DNA from: Flavobacteriales bacterium
GTDB taxonomy: Bacteria; Bacteroidota; Bacteroidia; Flavobacteriales; Flavobacteriaceae
DNA length: 64,000 bases
NCBI GenBank assembly: GCA_031408335.1
Contig: JANNWH010000014.1
Coordinates: 8,784 to 72,783, forward strand
Direction: 5' to 3'
Shown here: positions 9,690 to 19,394 of the stretch, one piece after another
How positions within the stretch are numbered: position 1 is the stretch's first letter
Layout of the letters: each line of letters begins with the position of its first letter
Program-made: the position numbers and the translations under genes
Notes under the pieces: generated by a model
Databases searched by the model: none
The model's input: the letters and a program-made list of their open reading frames with translations, nothing else
What the model was told of the DNA's origin: nothing

Positions 9690-12600
9690 ATGATTCATTT
9701 TTTCGGCAACGAAACAACTACTATTTTTGCTGTTCAAGCGCAAAGCGAATTCTCAGCAGAAAACATCACAAAACTAAATTGGTTATTTGCAAATAGCTAT
9801 AAAATAGAAAAATCCGTTCTCGCGGATTTTTTTGTTGGTCCTCGTGCTGCTATGATAACTCCTTGGAGTACCAATGCTGTTGAAATTACTCAAAACATGG
9901 GAATTCAAGGTATTATTAGAATTGAAGAATTTCAAAAAGTAGCTACTGATTTTACCGATTTTGATCCAATGCTTTTTCAAAAGTATTCCGAATTGAATCA
10001 AAATATTTTCACCATTAATATCCAACCTGAACCTATTTTAGAAATTGAAAACATTGCTGAATATAACCAACAAGAAGGTTTAGCTTTAAGTCAAGATGAA
10101 GTTAATTATTTAGAAAATCTATCTAAAAAGTTAAATAGAAAACTCACTGATTCTGAGGTTTTTGGTTTTTCTCAAGTAAATTCAGAACATTGTCGTCATA
10201 AAATTTTTAATGGCACTTTTGTTATTGATGGTGAAGAAAAAGAGCTTTCTTTATTCAAAATGATAAAGAGTACATCGGCTGAAAATCACAACGATATTGT
10301 TTCTGCTTATAAAGATAATGTAGCCTTTATTAAAGGTCCAATTGTAGAACAATTTGCTCCAAAAAGCGCGGATAAAGCCGATTTTTATTCAAAAAAACAA
10401 TTCGAATCGGTGATTTCTTTAAAAGCAGAAACCCATAATTTTCCAACAACTGTTGAACCATTTAATGGAGCTGCAACTGGTTCTGGTGGAGAAATTCGTG
10501 ATCGTTTGGCTGGTGGACAAGGTTCGTTACCATTAGCAGGAACAGCTGTTTACATGACATCGTATTCGCGTTTACACGAAAATAAATTGGGTTTTGAAGA
10601 ACGAAAATGGCTTTACCAAACACCAATAGATATTTTAATCAAAGCATCAAATGGTGCTTCTGATTTCGGAAATAAATTCGGACAACCATTAATTACAGGT
10701 TCTGTTTTAACTTTTGAACATCAAGAGCATTTCGACAAGCTCAGTATAACTCCACGAAAGCTAGGTTACGATAAAGTCATTATGCAAGCAGGCGGAATTG
10801 GTTACGGAAAAGCATCACAAGCACTAAAACACGAACCAAAAGTAGGTGATAAAATTGTAATTCTTGGTGGCGAAAATTACAGAATTGGAATGGGCGGAGC
10901 AGCAGTTTCTTCTTCCAATACTGGAGCTTTTGGTTCAGGAATCGAATTAAACGCTATTCAACGTTCCAATCCTGAAATGCAAAAACGAGCAGCCAATGCT
11001 ATTCGTGGTTTGGTTGAAAGTGATGAAAATCCGATTGTATCTATTCACGATCATGGTGCAGGCGGACATTTAAATTGTTTATCCGAATTAGTTGAAGCTA
11101 CTGGTGGATTAATCGATTTGGATGCACTTCCTGTTGGAGATCCAACGCTTTCTGCTAAAGAAATAATCGGTAACGAAAGTCAAGAACGAATGGGATTGGT
11201 GATTGGCGAGGCAGCTATTGATTTTTTGAAGCGAATTGCCCAAAGAGAACGTTCACCAATGTACCAAGTTGGTGATGTAACTGACGATCATCGTTTTACT
11301 TTTCAGAGTAAATCAACTAGTGCTAAGCCAATGGATTTTGCTTTAGAAGATATGTTTGGAAGTTCGCCAAAAGTAATAATGACCGATAACACAATTGCAA
11401 GAAATTATTCTGATTTTGACTACCAAACAGAAAAAATTCCAACTTATATTGAGCTACTATTTCAATTAGAAGCTGTTGCTTGTAAAGATTGGTTGACCAA
11501 TAAAGTGGATCGTTGTGTTGGTGGAAAAGTAGCCAAACAACAATGCGTTGGACCATTACAATTACCATTGAATAATGTTGGTGTGATGGCTCTAGATTAT
11601 AAAGGAAAAGAAGGAATTGCAACATCTATTGGTCACGCTCCAATTTCGGCTTTAATTGATCCAAAAGCTGGAAGCAGAAATGCTATTGGTGAAGCTTTAT
11701 CGAATATAGTTTTTGCTCCATTAAAAGACAATTTAAAAAGCGTTTCTTTATCAGCCAATTGGATGTGGGCGTGTAAAAATGAAGGCGAAGATGCTCGATT
11801 GTATGAAGCCGTAAAAGCATGTTCCGATTTTGCAATCGAACTCGGAATCAATATTCCAACCGGAAAAGATTCACTTTCAATGAAGCAAAAATATCCGAAT
11901 GACGAAGTGATTGCTCCTGGAACTGTAATTATTTCTGCTGCAGGAAATTGCAACGACATAACTAAAGTAATAGAACCTGTATTGCAACGTGATGGCGGTT
12001 CGATTTACTATATTAATTTATCACAAGATGATTTTAAATTAGGAGGAAGTTCCTTTGCCCAAACTCTGAATAAAATTGGTTCTGAAACACCAACGATTAA
12101 AGATGCGGCATTTTTCAAAAAAGCATTTAATGCAATTCAGAATTTAATTAAAGGCAATCAGATTGTTGCAGGACATGATATTGGAAGTGGCGGATTAATT
12201 ACTACTTTATTAGAAATGTGTTTTGCCGATGTCAATTTAGGAGCTAAAATTTCGTTTGATTCTTTTTCAGAAAAAGATTTGGTAAAAATTTTATTCTCCG
12301 AAAATATCGGAATTGTACTTCAAGCAAAAGAGGATAAAATATTTGAAGCTGAATTAAATGAAATTGAGTATTTCAAAATTGGTTCGGTTGAAAATTCCGA
12401 ATACTTGAACATTCAACATTCTAAATTCAACATTCAACATTACAGAGACGTTTGGTTCGAAACCTCTTTCCTACTCGATCAAAAACAAAGCAAGAACAAT
12501 AAAGCTAAAGAACGTTTTGAAAATTATAAAAATCAAGCGTTACAGTATACTTTTCCGACTCATTTTACAGGAAAACTTCCAATTATTGATGAGATTGCTT

Positions 12601-13370
12601 CGGCAAAACCGCCTCGCATTGACCGTCCTAAAGCAGCAATTATTCGTGAAAAAGGAAGTAACTCCGAACGTGAAATGGCAAATGCTATGTATTTAGCGGG
12701 TTTTGATGTAAAAGACGTTCACATGACCGATTTAATTTCAGGAAGAGAAACTTTAGAAGAAATTCAGTTTATTGGCGCCGTTGGTGGATTTTCAAATTCG
12801 GATGTTTTAGGTTCGGCAAAAGGTTGGGCTGGAGCTTTTTTATATAACGAAAAAGCCAAAACCGCTTTGGATAATTTCTTTAAAAGAAAAGATACACTTT
12901 CTGTGGGAATTTGCAATGGTTGTCAGTTGTTTATGGAATTAGAACTGGTCAATCCTGAGCATAAAATTCACGGAAAAATGCTTCATAACGATTCCCATAA
13001 ACACGAAAGTATTTTTACATCGGTTAAAGTACAAGAAAATAAATCGGTGATGTTATCAACATTAGCTGGTAGCACTCTTGGAGTTTGGGTTTCTCATGGA
13101 GAAGGAAAATTCAAATTACCTTATGAAGAAAGTCAATATAATATTGTAGCGAAATATGGTTATGAAGGTTATCCTGCCAATCCAAACGGTTCCGATTACA
13201 ACACAGCAATGATGTGCGACAAAACGGGAAGACATTTAGTAATGATGCCGCATATTGAAAGATCAACATTCCCATGGAATTGGGCACATTATCCAAAAGA
13301 GAGAAATGATGAAGTTTCTCCTTGGATTGAAGCGTTTGTAAATGCACGATTGTGGATGGAGAAGCAGTAA
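9690..13370 (+). CDS. purL: Phosphoribosylformylglycinamidine synthase (single-chain)
   Basis: NSEHCRHKIF, KAETHNFPT, IHDHGAGG, GICNGCQ, MMPHIER motifs; 1226 aa. Confidence 0.98.
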   Translation: MIHFFGNETTTIFAVQAQSEFSAENITKLNWLFANSYKIEKSVLADFFVGPRAAMITPWSTNAVEITQNMGIQGIIRIEEFQKVATDFTDFDPMLFQKYSELNQNIFTINIQPEPILEIENIAEYNQQEGLALSQDEVNYLENLSKKLNRKLTDSEVFGFSQVNSEHCRHKIFNGTFVIDGEEKELSLFKMIKSTSAENHNDIVSAYKDNVAFIKGPIVEQFAPKSADKADFYSKKQFESVISLKAETHNFPTTVEPFNGAATGSGGEIRDRLAGGQGSLPLAGTAVYMTSYSRLHENKLGFEERKWLYQTPIDILIKASNGASDFGNKFGQPLITGSVLTFEHQEHFDKLSITPRKLGYDKVIMQAGGIGYGKASQALKHEPKVGDKIVILGGENYRIGMGGAAVSSSNTGAFGSGIELNAIQRSNPEMQKRAANAIRGLVESDENPIVSIHDHGAGGHLNCLSELVEATGGLIDLDALPVGDPTLSAKEIIGNESQERMGLVIGEAAIDFLKRIAQRERSPMYQVGDVTDDHRFTFQSKSTSAKPMDFALEDMFGSSPKVIMTDNTIARNYSDFDYQTEKIPTYIELLFQLEAVACKDWLTNKVDRCVGGKVAKQQCVGPLQLPLNNVGVMALDYKGKEGIATSIGHAPISALIDPKAGSRNAIGEALSNIVFAPLKDNLKSVSLSANWMWACKNEGEDARLYEAVKACSDFAIELGINIPTGKDSLSMKQKYPNDEVIAPGTVIISAAGNCNDITKVIEPVLQRDGGSIYYINLSQDDFKLGGSSFAQTLNKIGSETPTIKDAAFFKKAFNAIQNLIKGNQIVAGHDIGSGGLITTLLEMCFADVNLGAKISFDSFSEKDLVKILFSENIGIVLQAKEDKIFEAELNEIEYFKIGSVENSEYLNIQHSKFNIQHYRDVWFETSFLLDQKQSKNNKAKERFENYKNQALQYTFPTHFTGKLPIIDEIASAKPPRIDRPKAAIIREKGSNSEREMANAMYLAGFDVKDVHMTDLISGRETLEEIQFIGAVGGFSNSDVLGSAKGWAGAFLYNEKAKTALDNFFKRKDTLSVGICNGCQLFMELELVNPEHKIHGKMLHNDSHKHESIFTSVKVQENKSVMLSTLAGSTLGVWVSHGEGKFKLPYEESQYNIVAKYGYEGYPANPNGSDYNTAMMCDKTGRHLVMMPHIERSTFPWNWAHYPKERNDEVSPWIEAFVNARLWMEKQ
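10731..10750 (+). repeat. REP-like repeat fragment within purL
   Basis: TTCGACAAGCTCAGTATAAC, encoding FDKLSI(T); resembles the recalled CTTCGACAAGCTCAG dispersed repeat family. Confidence 0.6.
12408..12442 (+). repeat. Five degenerate 7-bp tandem units within purL
   Basis: AACATTC AACATTC TAAATTC AACATTC AACATTA. Confidence 0.75.
12591..12623 (+). repeat. REP-like GAGATTGCTTCG...CCTCGCA.TGAC element within purL
   Basis: GAGATTGCTTCGGCAAAACCGCCTCGCATTGAC, encoding EIASAKPPRID. Confidence 0.65.
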
Positions 13371-13439
13371 TCTTAAAATTTTTCAAAAAAATGGTCAATT
13401 GTATAAAGTGGAATTAAATTAATATGAAACTTTACAATA

Positions 13440-13880
13440 ATGAATAAATCGAATCGCTTTCAGGACGAAAATTTAGTGCTTTCCCACTTTTACAATGAAG
13501 TGTTGGTAGCTTGCTCAGCTTGTTCTAAAAAAGCAATTGCAAAAGCTTATTTTGAAACTAAAAAAGCGCGTTTGTTTTGTACAAATTGTGGTTATAACAA
13601 AGAAGTTTCAACATTAGTAAACAAAAATACTTCGATAGAAATTCCTGCAAATCAGTATTTTGAAGCAGAACTTTGGTTACAATCTTCATTCAAAAATGAA
13701 ACTTTTTATGCATTTAATAATCATCATTTAGATTATTTAGAAAGCTATATCTCGGCTACTTTACGCGAACACAAAGACAGAACTCATTTTACACTTTTAG
13801 AAAAACTACCTAAATTTTACCACGAAGCAAAAAACCGAGAAGGATTATTAAAAATTATTGCCAAATTGAAAAGTAAATAA
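13440..13880 (+). CDS. Zinc-ribbon hypothetical protein
   Basis: CSAC...CTNCG; AFN..HL..LE.YI.ATLR motif. Confidence 0.75.
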   Translation: MNKSNRFQDENLVLSHFYNEVLVACSACSKKAIAKAYFETKKARLFCTNCGYNKEVSTLVNKNTSIEIPANQYFEAELWLQSSFKNETFYAFNNHHLDYLESYISATLREHKDRTHFTLLEKLPKFYHEAKNREGLLKIIAKLKSK

Positions 13881-13883
13881 GAA

Positions 13884-14468
13884 TTACTTTTCCTGCTCCA
13901 ACTCTTTTCTACTTTTATACAGATGCAAAAAATCGCCTTTGGGTTTTCCTAAATCAAACGAACTCCATTTGGTTAAAAATCGTGTCGATGTTCTGGCTTC
14001 ATCTCGATTCATATTTTCGTATTCAATTTTGTATATTGCCGAATACATTTCGGCTCTTCCCACACCATGATAGCAATGCAATAAAACTGGATAATTATCA
14101 GGATTATCCATTATCTTAAAAAATATATCTAAATTTTTTTGTGTCGGAACCTGATCGGATCCATTATTGAAATAATTAACCCCTTTAATTTTACTTATTG
14201 CCTCTTTTTCGGCAGTTAATTCGGCGGGAATTTCTGGATTATTAACATCATCACCTGTCCCAGGAAAACGCAAATCGACAATACTTTTTATATTGTATTT
14301 GGCTACGTAATCAGCAATTTCATCAGGAGGAATTACACCACTTTTGTAGACTTTATTTTCAGTTATCGTCTCAAAATTGTGATTGATGTTCATATCATAA
14401 ACATACTTGCCAACGCCAACCAATACAATTAGAAAAATTCCAATAATTATTTTCTTCTTAGTACTCAT
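13884..14468 (-). CDS. Membrane-anchored dual-specificity (Cys-based) phosphatase
   Basis: HCYHGVGR (CX5R) P-loop; SIVDLR; N-terminal hydrophobic anchor. Confidence 0.88.
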   Translation of the reverse strand: MSTKKKIIIGIFLIVLVGVGKYVYDMNINHNFETITENKVYKSGVIPPDEIADYVAKYNIKSIVDLRFPGTGDDVNNPEIPAELTAEKEAISKIKGVNYFNNGSDQVPTQKNLDIFFKIMDNPDNYPVLLHCYHGVGRAEMYSAIYKIEYENMNRDEARTSTRFLTKWSSFDLGKPKGDFLHLYKSRKELEQEK

Positions 14469-14469
14469 T

Positions 14470-16398
14470 TTATTTTGATTCAGAAGTTAGTTTTGTATCT
14501 ATAATACGTTCCATATAATCTTGTAAAAAAGCCTTGCATCGCATTTCTAAAATATTCATTTCTGAATTTCGTTTACTAATTAAATTAATTTTTAAATCTT
14601 TATCTTCCTTATTATAAAAACCAATCGCTTTTTCGCCATCAAAAACACAACAATAATTGCCACTCATCATCTGATAATGATCCGATGAATAACGCATCAC
14701 AAACGGAGGAACTTTAGACTCGCCAATTAAACTTCGTCCCCAACTTCTAAATGGTTTTTCATAACCAATCATGTCTAATAATGTTGGATAAATATCGATT
14801 TGTTGCGCCCAATTATTATCAGAACCTACATATTTATTATTTGGAGAGAAAAATAAAATTGGCACTGTATGAAAATTTTGCTCTCGACCATATTCACTGT
14901 AATAAATTAAATTATCATGATCGGCAACTAAGACAAATATAGTGTTTTTGTACCAAGACTCCTTTTTAGCTACTTTAAAAAATTGTTGTAATGCATAATC
15001 CGAATAACCAATACATTGATGAATTGGATTATCTCCTTTTGGGAATTTACCCTCGTATTTTTCAGGAATTATATAAGGTTCATGAGAAGAAACTGAAAAT
15101 AAAGTTGCCATAAATGGTTGTTTCTTTTTGGAAATAGTGGTGTTGAAATATTGAAAAAAAGGTTCGTCCCAAATTCCCCAAGAGCCATCAAAATCAGCAT
15201 CATTATTGTATTCTGTTTTACCATAATAATGATCATAACCCAATATGTTTCCGAAACCTAAAAATCCCATAGAACCATTTGGTGCTCCATGAAAAAAAGA
15301 AGTATCGTAACCTTCTTCTTTCAAAATAGAAACCAACGATTCAATTTTTTGTTTTGGATAAGGTGATGATGTAAACGCATCTTTAAAAGAGGGAATTCCA
15401 GCAATTACCGACGACATTCCGTGAATCGACTTATAACCATTAGCATAACCATTAGTAAAAATCATACTGTGTTGTGCTAGCGAATCTATAAATGGCGAAT
15501 AGCCATTATAATTTGGAATTTTCATTTCTTTATTAAACGAACTTATGTATTCTTTGGCATAACTTTCTAAAATAAAAATGACAATATTAGGCTTCGTTTT
15601 CGGATTGTTTTTATAGTGTTTAATCGGAACCAAAAGCGAATCAACAACTGCTTTATCAACTAAATTTACCTTTTTAAAAGAATTGGTATTCCAAGTCCGG
15701 ATAATAGCAAAAGGTGTATTTAAAACAAAATCAGCTTGAGATGCATCTGTAACATAGCGACTTGCATCTAACATATTAATTGGACGCGTACTTTTTCTGA
15801 AATCACCACGAATTCCTCCAATACATAGTGCTGCAATTAATAATAAACTGACAATAGAAGCAAAAAAATATTTAAAATTTGGTTTTGGTTTTTCCTGTTT
15901 TACTTTTATCTTTTGGAAGCTGTATATCCATAAAAAAGAAAATAAAAAGAACAAAAAGAAAACATGCCAATATGTTTGCAAAAAGTTGAAAAATAATGCA
16001 GTTTTATTACTTTCATCTTGAAGTGTATCTAATGATGCTCTAGTACTTCTATTAAAAGTGTATTTGTAATATATAAAGTCGATAAAATTTAATGAATATA
16101 CTAATAAGTTTAAAATAAAGTACAGGTAAAACAACACCTTTTGATAGTACTTTTTGGTAGTAATTATAATTGGTAAAATCGATAAAACAATGAATAAAGC
16201 ATTTACATACAATATACTTGTGGTATCAAATGCTAAACCATGAAAAGCAAGTGAAACAAAATCAAAAAGGGAATCAATTTTTATTAGTTTTTCATTATAA
16301 ATGTAGAACAAAATTCGAGCAATCATGTAGAATAGATAAGCCAATCCAATTCTGTAAATCAAGACTTTATATTCGTTAAATCTAGGAAATTTATTCAT
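14470..16398 (-). CDS. LTA synthase family / OpgB-like phosphotransferase (sulfatase fold)
   Basis: Five N-terminal TM segments; NIVIFILESY, SVSSHEPY, VLVADH, QQIDIYPT. Confidence 0.9.
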   Translation of the reverse strand: MNKFPRFNEYKVLIYRIGLAYLFYMIARILFYIYNEKLIKIDSLFDFVSLAFHGLAFDTTSILYVNALFIVLSILPIIITTKKYYQKVLFYLYFILNLLVYSLNFIDFIYYKYTFNRSTRASLDTLQDESNKTALFFNFLQTYWHVFFLFFLFSFLWIYSFQKIKVKQEKPKPNFKYFFASIVSLLLIAALCIGGIRGDFRKSTRPINMLDASRYVTDASQADFVLNTPFAIIRTWNTNSFKKVNLVDKAVVDSLLVPIKHYKNNPKTKPNIVIFILESYAKEYISSFNKEMKIPNYNGYSPFIDSLAQHSMIFTNGYANGYKSIHGMSSVIAGIPSFKDAFTSSPYPKQKIESLVSILKEEGYDTSFFHGAPNGSMGFLGFGNILGYDHYYGKTEYNNDADFDGSWGIWDEPFFQYFNTTISKKKQPFMATLFSVSSHEPYIIPEKYEGKFPKGDNPIHQCIGYSDYALQQFFKVAKKESWYKNTIFVLVADHDNLIYYSEYGREQNFHTVPILFFSPNNKYVGSDNNWAQQIDIYPTLLDMIGYEKPFRSWGRSLIGESKVPPFVMRYSSDHYQMMSGNYCCVFDGEKAIGFYNKEDKDLKINLISKRNSEMNILEMRCKAFLQDYMERIIDTKLTSESK

Positions 16399-16505
16399 TT
16401 AATAGTGTTCCATTTCAGTGCAAAACTACTAAATTGATTAAGTATATTCTAAAATTAATTGTTAATCTGTAAATTATTAATTAATTTGCGATAAAATTAT
16501 ATTAA

Positions 16506-18278
16506 ATGATTGCTATTACTCGTCTTTTCGATTTTCCTTATTATCAATTAGAAAAAAATAACATACCTGATTGTTTAGTAACTAAATACAATGATGTTTG
16601 GGTAAAAACATCTACGCAAGAATATATTGATAAAGCCAATGTAATTTCGAGAGCTTTATTGCGATTGGATATTAAACCAAACGATAAAATTGCAATTATT
16701 TCCTCCAATAACAGAACAGAATGGCATATTATGGATGTTGGAATTTTACAAATTGGAGCCCAAAATGTGCCAATTTACCCAACAATTTCTGAGACTGATT
16801 ACGAATATATTTTAAATCATAGTGGTGCCATTTATTGCTTTGTTTCTGATATTGAAGTATTAGATAAACTAAATGCGATCAAACATAATGTTCCAAATTT
16901 AAAAGATGTTTTTTCATTTAATGAAATTTCAGGATGCAAAAACTGGTCAGAAATTTTAAAATTAGGTGAAGATCGCACCAATCAAAATATAGTTAACGAA
17001 AGAAAAAATAATGTAAAATCATTAGATTTAGCCACTATAATTTATACATCGGGAACAACTGGAAAACCAAAAGGCGTTATGCTTTCCCACAATAATATTG
17101 TTTCTAATGTATTGGACTCAGCCGATAGAATTCCGTTTCAAGAAGCCAATAGTCGTGCTTTAAGCTTTTTACCGATTTGTCATATTTACGAGCGAATGGT
17201 AACTTATATATATCAATACATGAGTTGTTCCATTTATTTTGGAGAATCAATCGAAAAAATTAGTGACAATATTAAAGAAGTGCATCCAACAGTAATGACT
17301 GGTGTTCCACGTTTAATAGAAAAAGTGTACGAAAAAATTATTGCTAAAGGTTCTGAACTTAAAGGTATTAAAAAGAAAATATTCTTTTGGGCAATTGAAT
17401 TGGGTTTAAAATACGAACCTAACAAAGCCAACGGTTTTTGGTATGAATTGCAATTAAAAATAGCTCGCAAACTCATTTTTAGTAAGTGGAAAGCTGGTCT
17501 TGGCGGAAAATTAGATTTAATTGTAAATGGTAGTGCTGCCTTACAACCTCGATTAACTCGAATATTTGCTGCTGCAGAAATTCCGGTTATGGAAGGTTAT
17601 GGTCTATCCGAAACATCACCTGTAATATCTGTAAACGATCAACGTAATTGTGGTTTCAAAATCGGAACAGCTGGAAAAATTATAAATAACGTTGATGTTA
17701 AAATTGCTCCAGATGGCGAAATTCTTTGTAAAGGTCCAAATGTAATGATGGGTTATTTTAAAGATGAAAAACAAACCAATGAAGTAATTGTAAATGGTTA
17801 TTTTCATACTGGCGATATTGGTGAAATTGATAGTGAAGGTTTCCTAAAAATTACAGATAGAAAAAAAGAAATGTTCAAAACTTCTGGCGGAAAATATATT
17901 GCACCACAATTACTGGAAAATGCTATGAAACAATCGCGATTTATTGAGCAAATTATGGTTATTGGTGATGGACAAAAAATGCCTGCCGCATTTATTCAAC
18001 CTGGTTTTGAGTTTTTAAAAGAATGGGCAAAACTTCATAATATTTCAATTGGATCAACCAACGAAGAAATCATAGAAAACCCAAAAGTTATTGAACGTAT
18101 TCAACAAGAAATTGATACAATCAATACAAAGTTTGGCAGCTGGGAAAAAATAAAACGTTTTGAACTTACACCAGATTTATGGACTATTCCTGCTGGACAT
18201 CTTACACCAACTATGAAACTAAAACGAAAAGTAGTACTCGAAAAATATTCTGGGTTGTACGAAAGAATCTATAATTAA
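16506..18278 (+). CDS. fadD: Long-chain fatty acid--CoA ligase
   Basis: IYTSGTTGKPKG, EGYGLSET, TGDIG, DRKKEMFKTSGGKY. Confidence 0.92.
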   Translation: MIAITRLFDFPYYQLEKNNIPDCLVTKYNDVWVKTSTQEYIDKANVISRALLRLDIKPNDKIAIISSNNRTEWHIMDVGILQIGAQNVPIYPTISETDYEYILNHSGAIYCFVSDIEVLDKLNAIKHNVPNLKDVFSFNEISGCKNWSEILKLGEDRTNQNIVNERKNNVKSLDLATIIYTSGTTGKPKGVMLSHNNIVSNVLDSADRIPFQEANSRALSFLPICHIYERMVTYIYQYMSCSIYFGESIEKISDNIKEVHPTVMTGVPRLIEKVYEKIIAKGSELKGIKKKIFFWAIELGLKYEPNKANGFWYELQLKIARKLIFSKWKAGLGGKLDLIVNGSAALQPRLTRIFAAAEIPVMEGYGLSETSPVISVNDQRNCGFKIGTAGKIINNVDVKIAPDGEILCKGPNVMMGYFKDEKQTNEVIVNGYFHTGDIGEIDSEGFLKITDRKKEMFKTSGGKYIAPQLLENAMKQSRFIEQIMVIGDGQKMPAAFIQPGFEFLKEWAKLHNISIGSTNEEIIENPKVIERIQQEIDTINTKFGSWEKIKRFELTPDLWTIPAGHLTPTMKLKRKVVLEKYSGLYERIYN

Positions 18279-18412
18279 AACAATCAGACTTTAGTTTTTT
18301 TTATGTTATAAACATTTTAGAATCTTAAATAGTTGAAAAGTAACTATTTAAAAAGGTTAAACACTTGTTAATTTTTTATAATTTTATCAAATTAACCAAT
18401 AAAACTAAAATT

Positions 18413-18808
18413 ATGAATGTAAAAAACTTTATTGTAGGCGGAATTGTTGGCGGAATTGTTGACTTCCTTATGGGATGGCTAATCTGGGGAATAGCACTAA
18501 AAGACACATTTCCACCACCTGAAGGTTCAGGACCAGAAAACATGTTGTTTATTTTCTTAGGTTGTATGTCTTTTGGATTTTTAATTTCTTATGTTTTTTC
18601 GCAAGGTGAAGGAATTTCCACATACATGGCTGGAATTAAAATGGCAATTGGAATTGCTTTATTTATGAGTTTAAGTATTGGCTTCTTTAAAGATATGTAT
18701 TCCGAAACTATAGATTTTAAATTGTTGGTTATCGACATTGTTGCATCTGTAGTTATTGCCGCGGTTGTCGGAGCTGCTGTAGCGGTTGTAAATGGAAAAA
18801 TGAAGTAA
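18413..18808 (+). CDS. Small four-TM membrane protein
   Basis: ATG at 18413 preferred over TTG extension; hydrophobic helices, GGIVDFLMGWLIWG. Confidence 0.75.
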   Translation: MNVKNFIVGGIVGGIVDFLMGWLIWGIALKDTFPPPEGSGPENMLFIFLGCMSFGFLISYVFSQGEGISTYMAGIKMAIGIALFMSLSIGFFKDMYSETIDFKLLVIDIVASVVIAAVVGAAVAVVNGKMK

Positions 18809-18827
18809 ATAATATTTTTTTTAAATT

Positions 18828-18860
18828 AAAAACTCTCCAAGAAATTGGGGAGTTTTTTTT
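18828..18860 (+). terminator. Intrinsic terminator
   Basis: AAAAACTCTCCAA-gaaa-TTGGGGAGTTTTT plus T run. Confidence 0.75.
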
Positions 18861-18896
18861 GTTATTTGTTAAATTTTGAAAAAACAAATAATTTAT

Positions 18897-18927
18897 TATG
18901 CGCGCATAGTATTTTATGTTATATTTG
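18897..18927 (+). promoter_or_regulatory. marR-fad promoter with palindromic operator candidate
   Basis: Perfect palindrome TATGCGCGCATA (18897-18908) 11 nt upstream of TATATTTG (18920-18927). Confidence 0.6.
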
Positions 18928-18946
18928 TATTTCCATATTAAACTAT

Positions 18947-19378
18947 ATGAAAGATAAAACCATTGATTATATACTTCGTGCTACTTGGCAGGCAGTTGCT
19001 AGAATGTACAACGAAGAAGCTTCAAAGTTTGATGGTTCAATGGCAATCGGTTTTGCTTTGCTTAGTATTGATAAAGAAGATGGAACTCCATCAACATTTA
19101 TAAGTAACCGAATGGGAATGGAAGCAACAAGCTTAACAAGAACATTAAAAACATTAGAAGAAAAAGGATTAATATTTAGAATGAAAAATCCTGAAGATGG
19201 CCGTGGTGTTTTAATTTATCTTACCGATTTGGGTAAAGAAAAAAGAGAATTATCAAAATCAACTGTTCTTAAATTTAATGAAGTAATTAAAAAAAACATA
19301 TCAGAAGAAAAACTGAATCATTTTATGGAAGTATCTGATATTATAAATGATTTGATTGCAGAAAAAAAAATATTTTAA
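18947..19378 (+). CDS. MarR family transcriptional regulator
   Basis: ATG at 18947 (MKDKTID); TSLTRTLKTLEEKGLI...DGRGVLIYLT wHTH. Confidence 0.9.
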   Translation: MKDKTIDYILRATWQAVARMYNEEASKFDGSMAIGFALLSIDKEDGTPSTFISNRMGMEATSLTRTLKTLEEKGLIFRMKNPEDGRGVLIYLTDLGKEKRELSKSTVLKFNEVIKKNISEEKLNHFMEVSDIINDLIAEKKIF

Positions 19379-19394
19379 AAATAGATCAAATAAT

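Noticed and set aside
18845-19394. Longer starts for MarR (18845) and FadN (19356)
   Set aside because: The extensions cross a terminator/promoter or overlap the upstream gene; ATGs at 18947 and 19395 fit better
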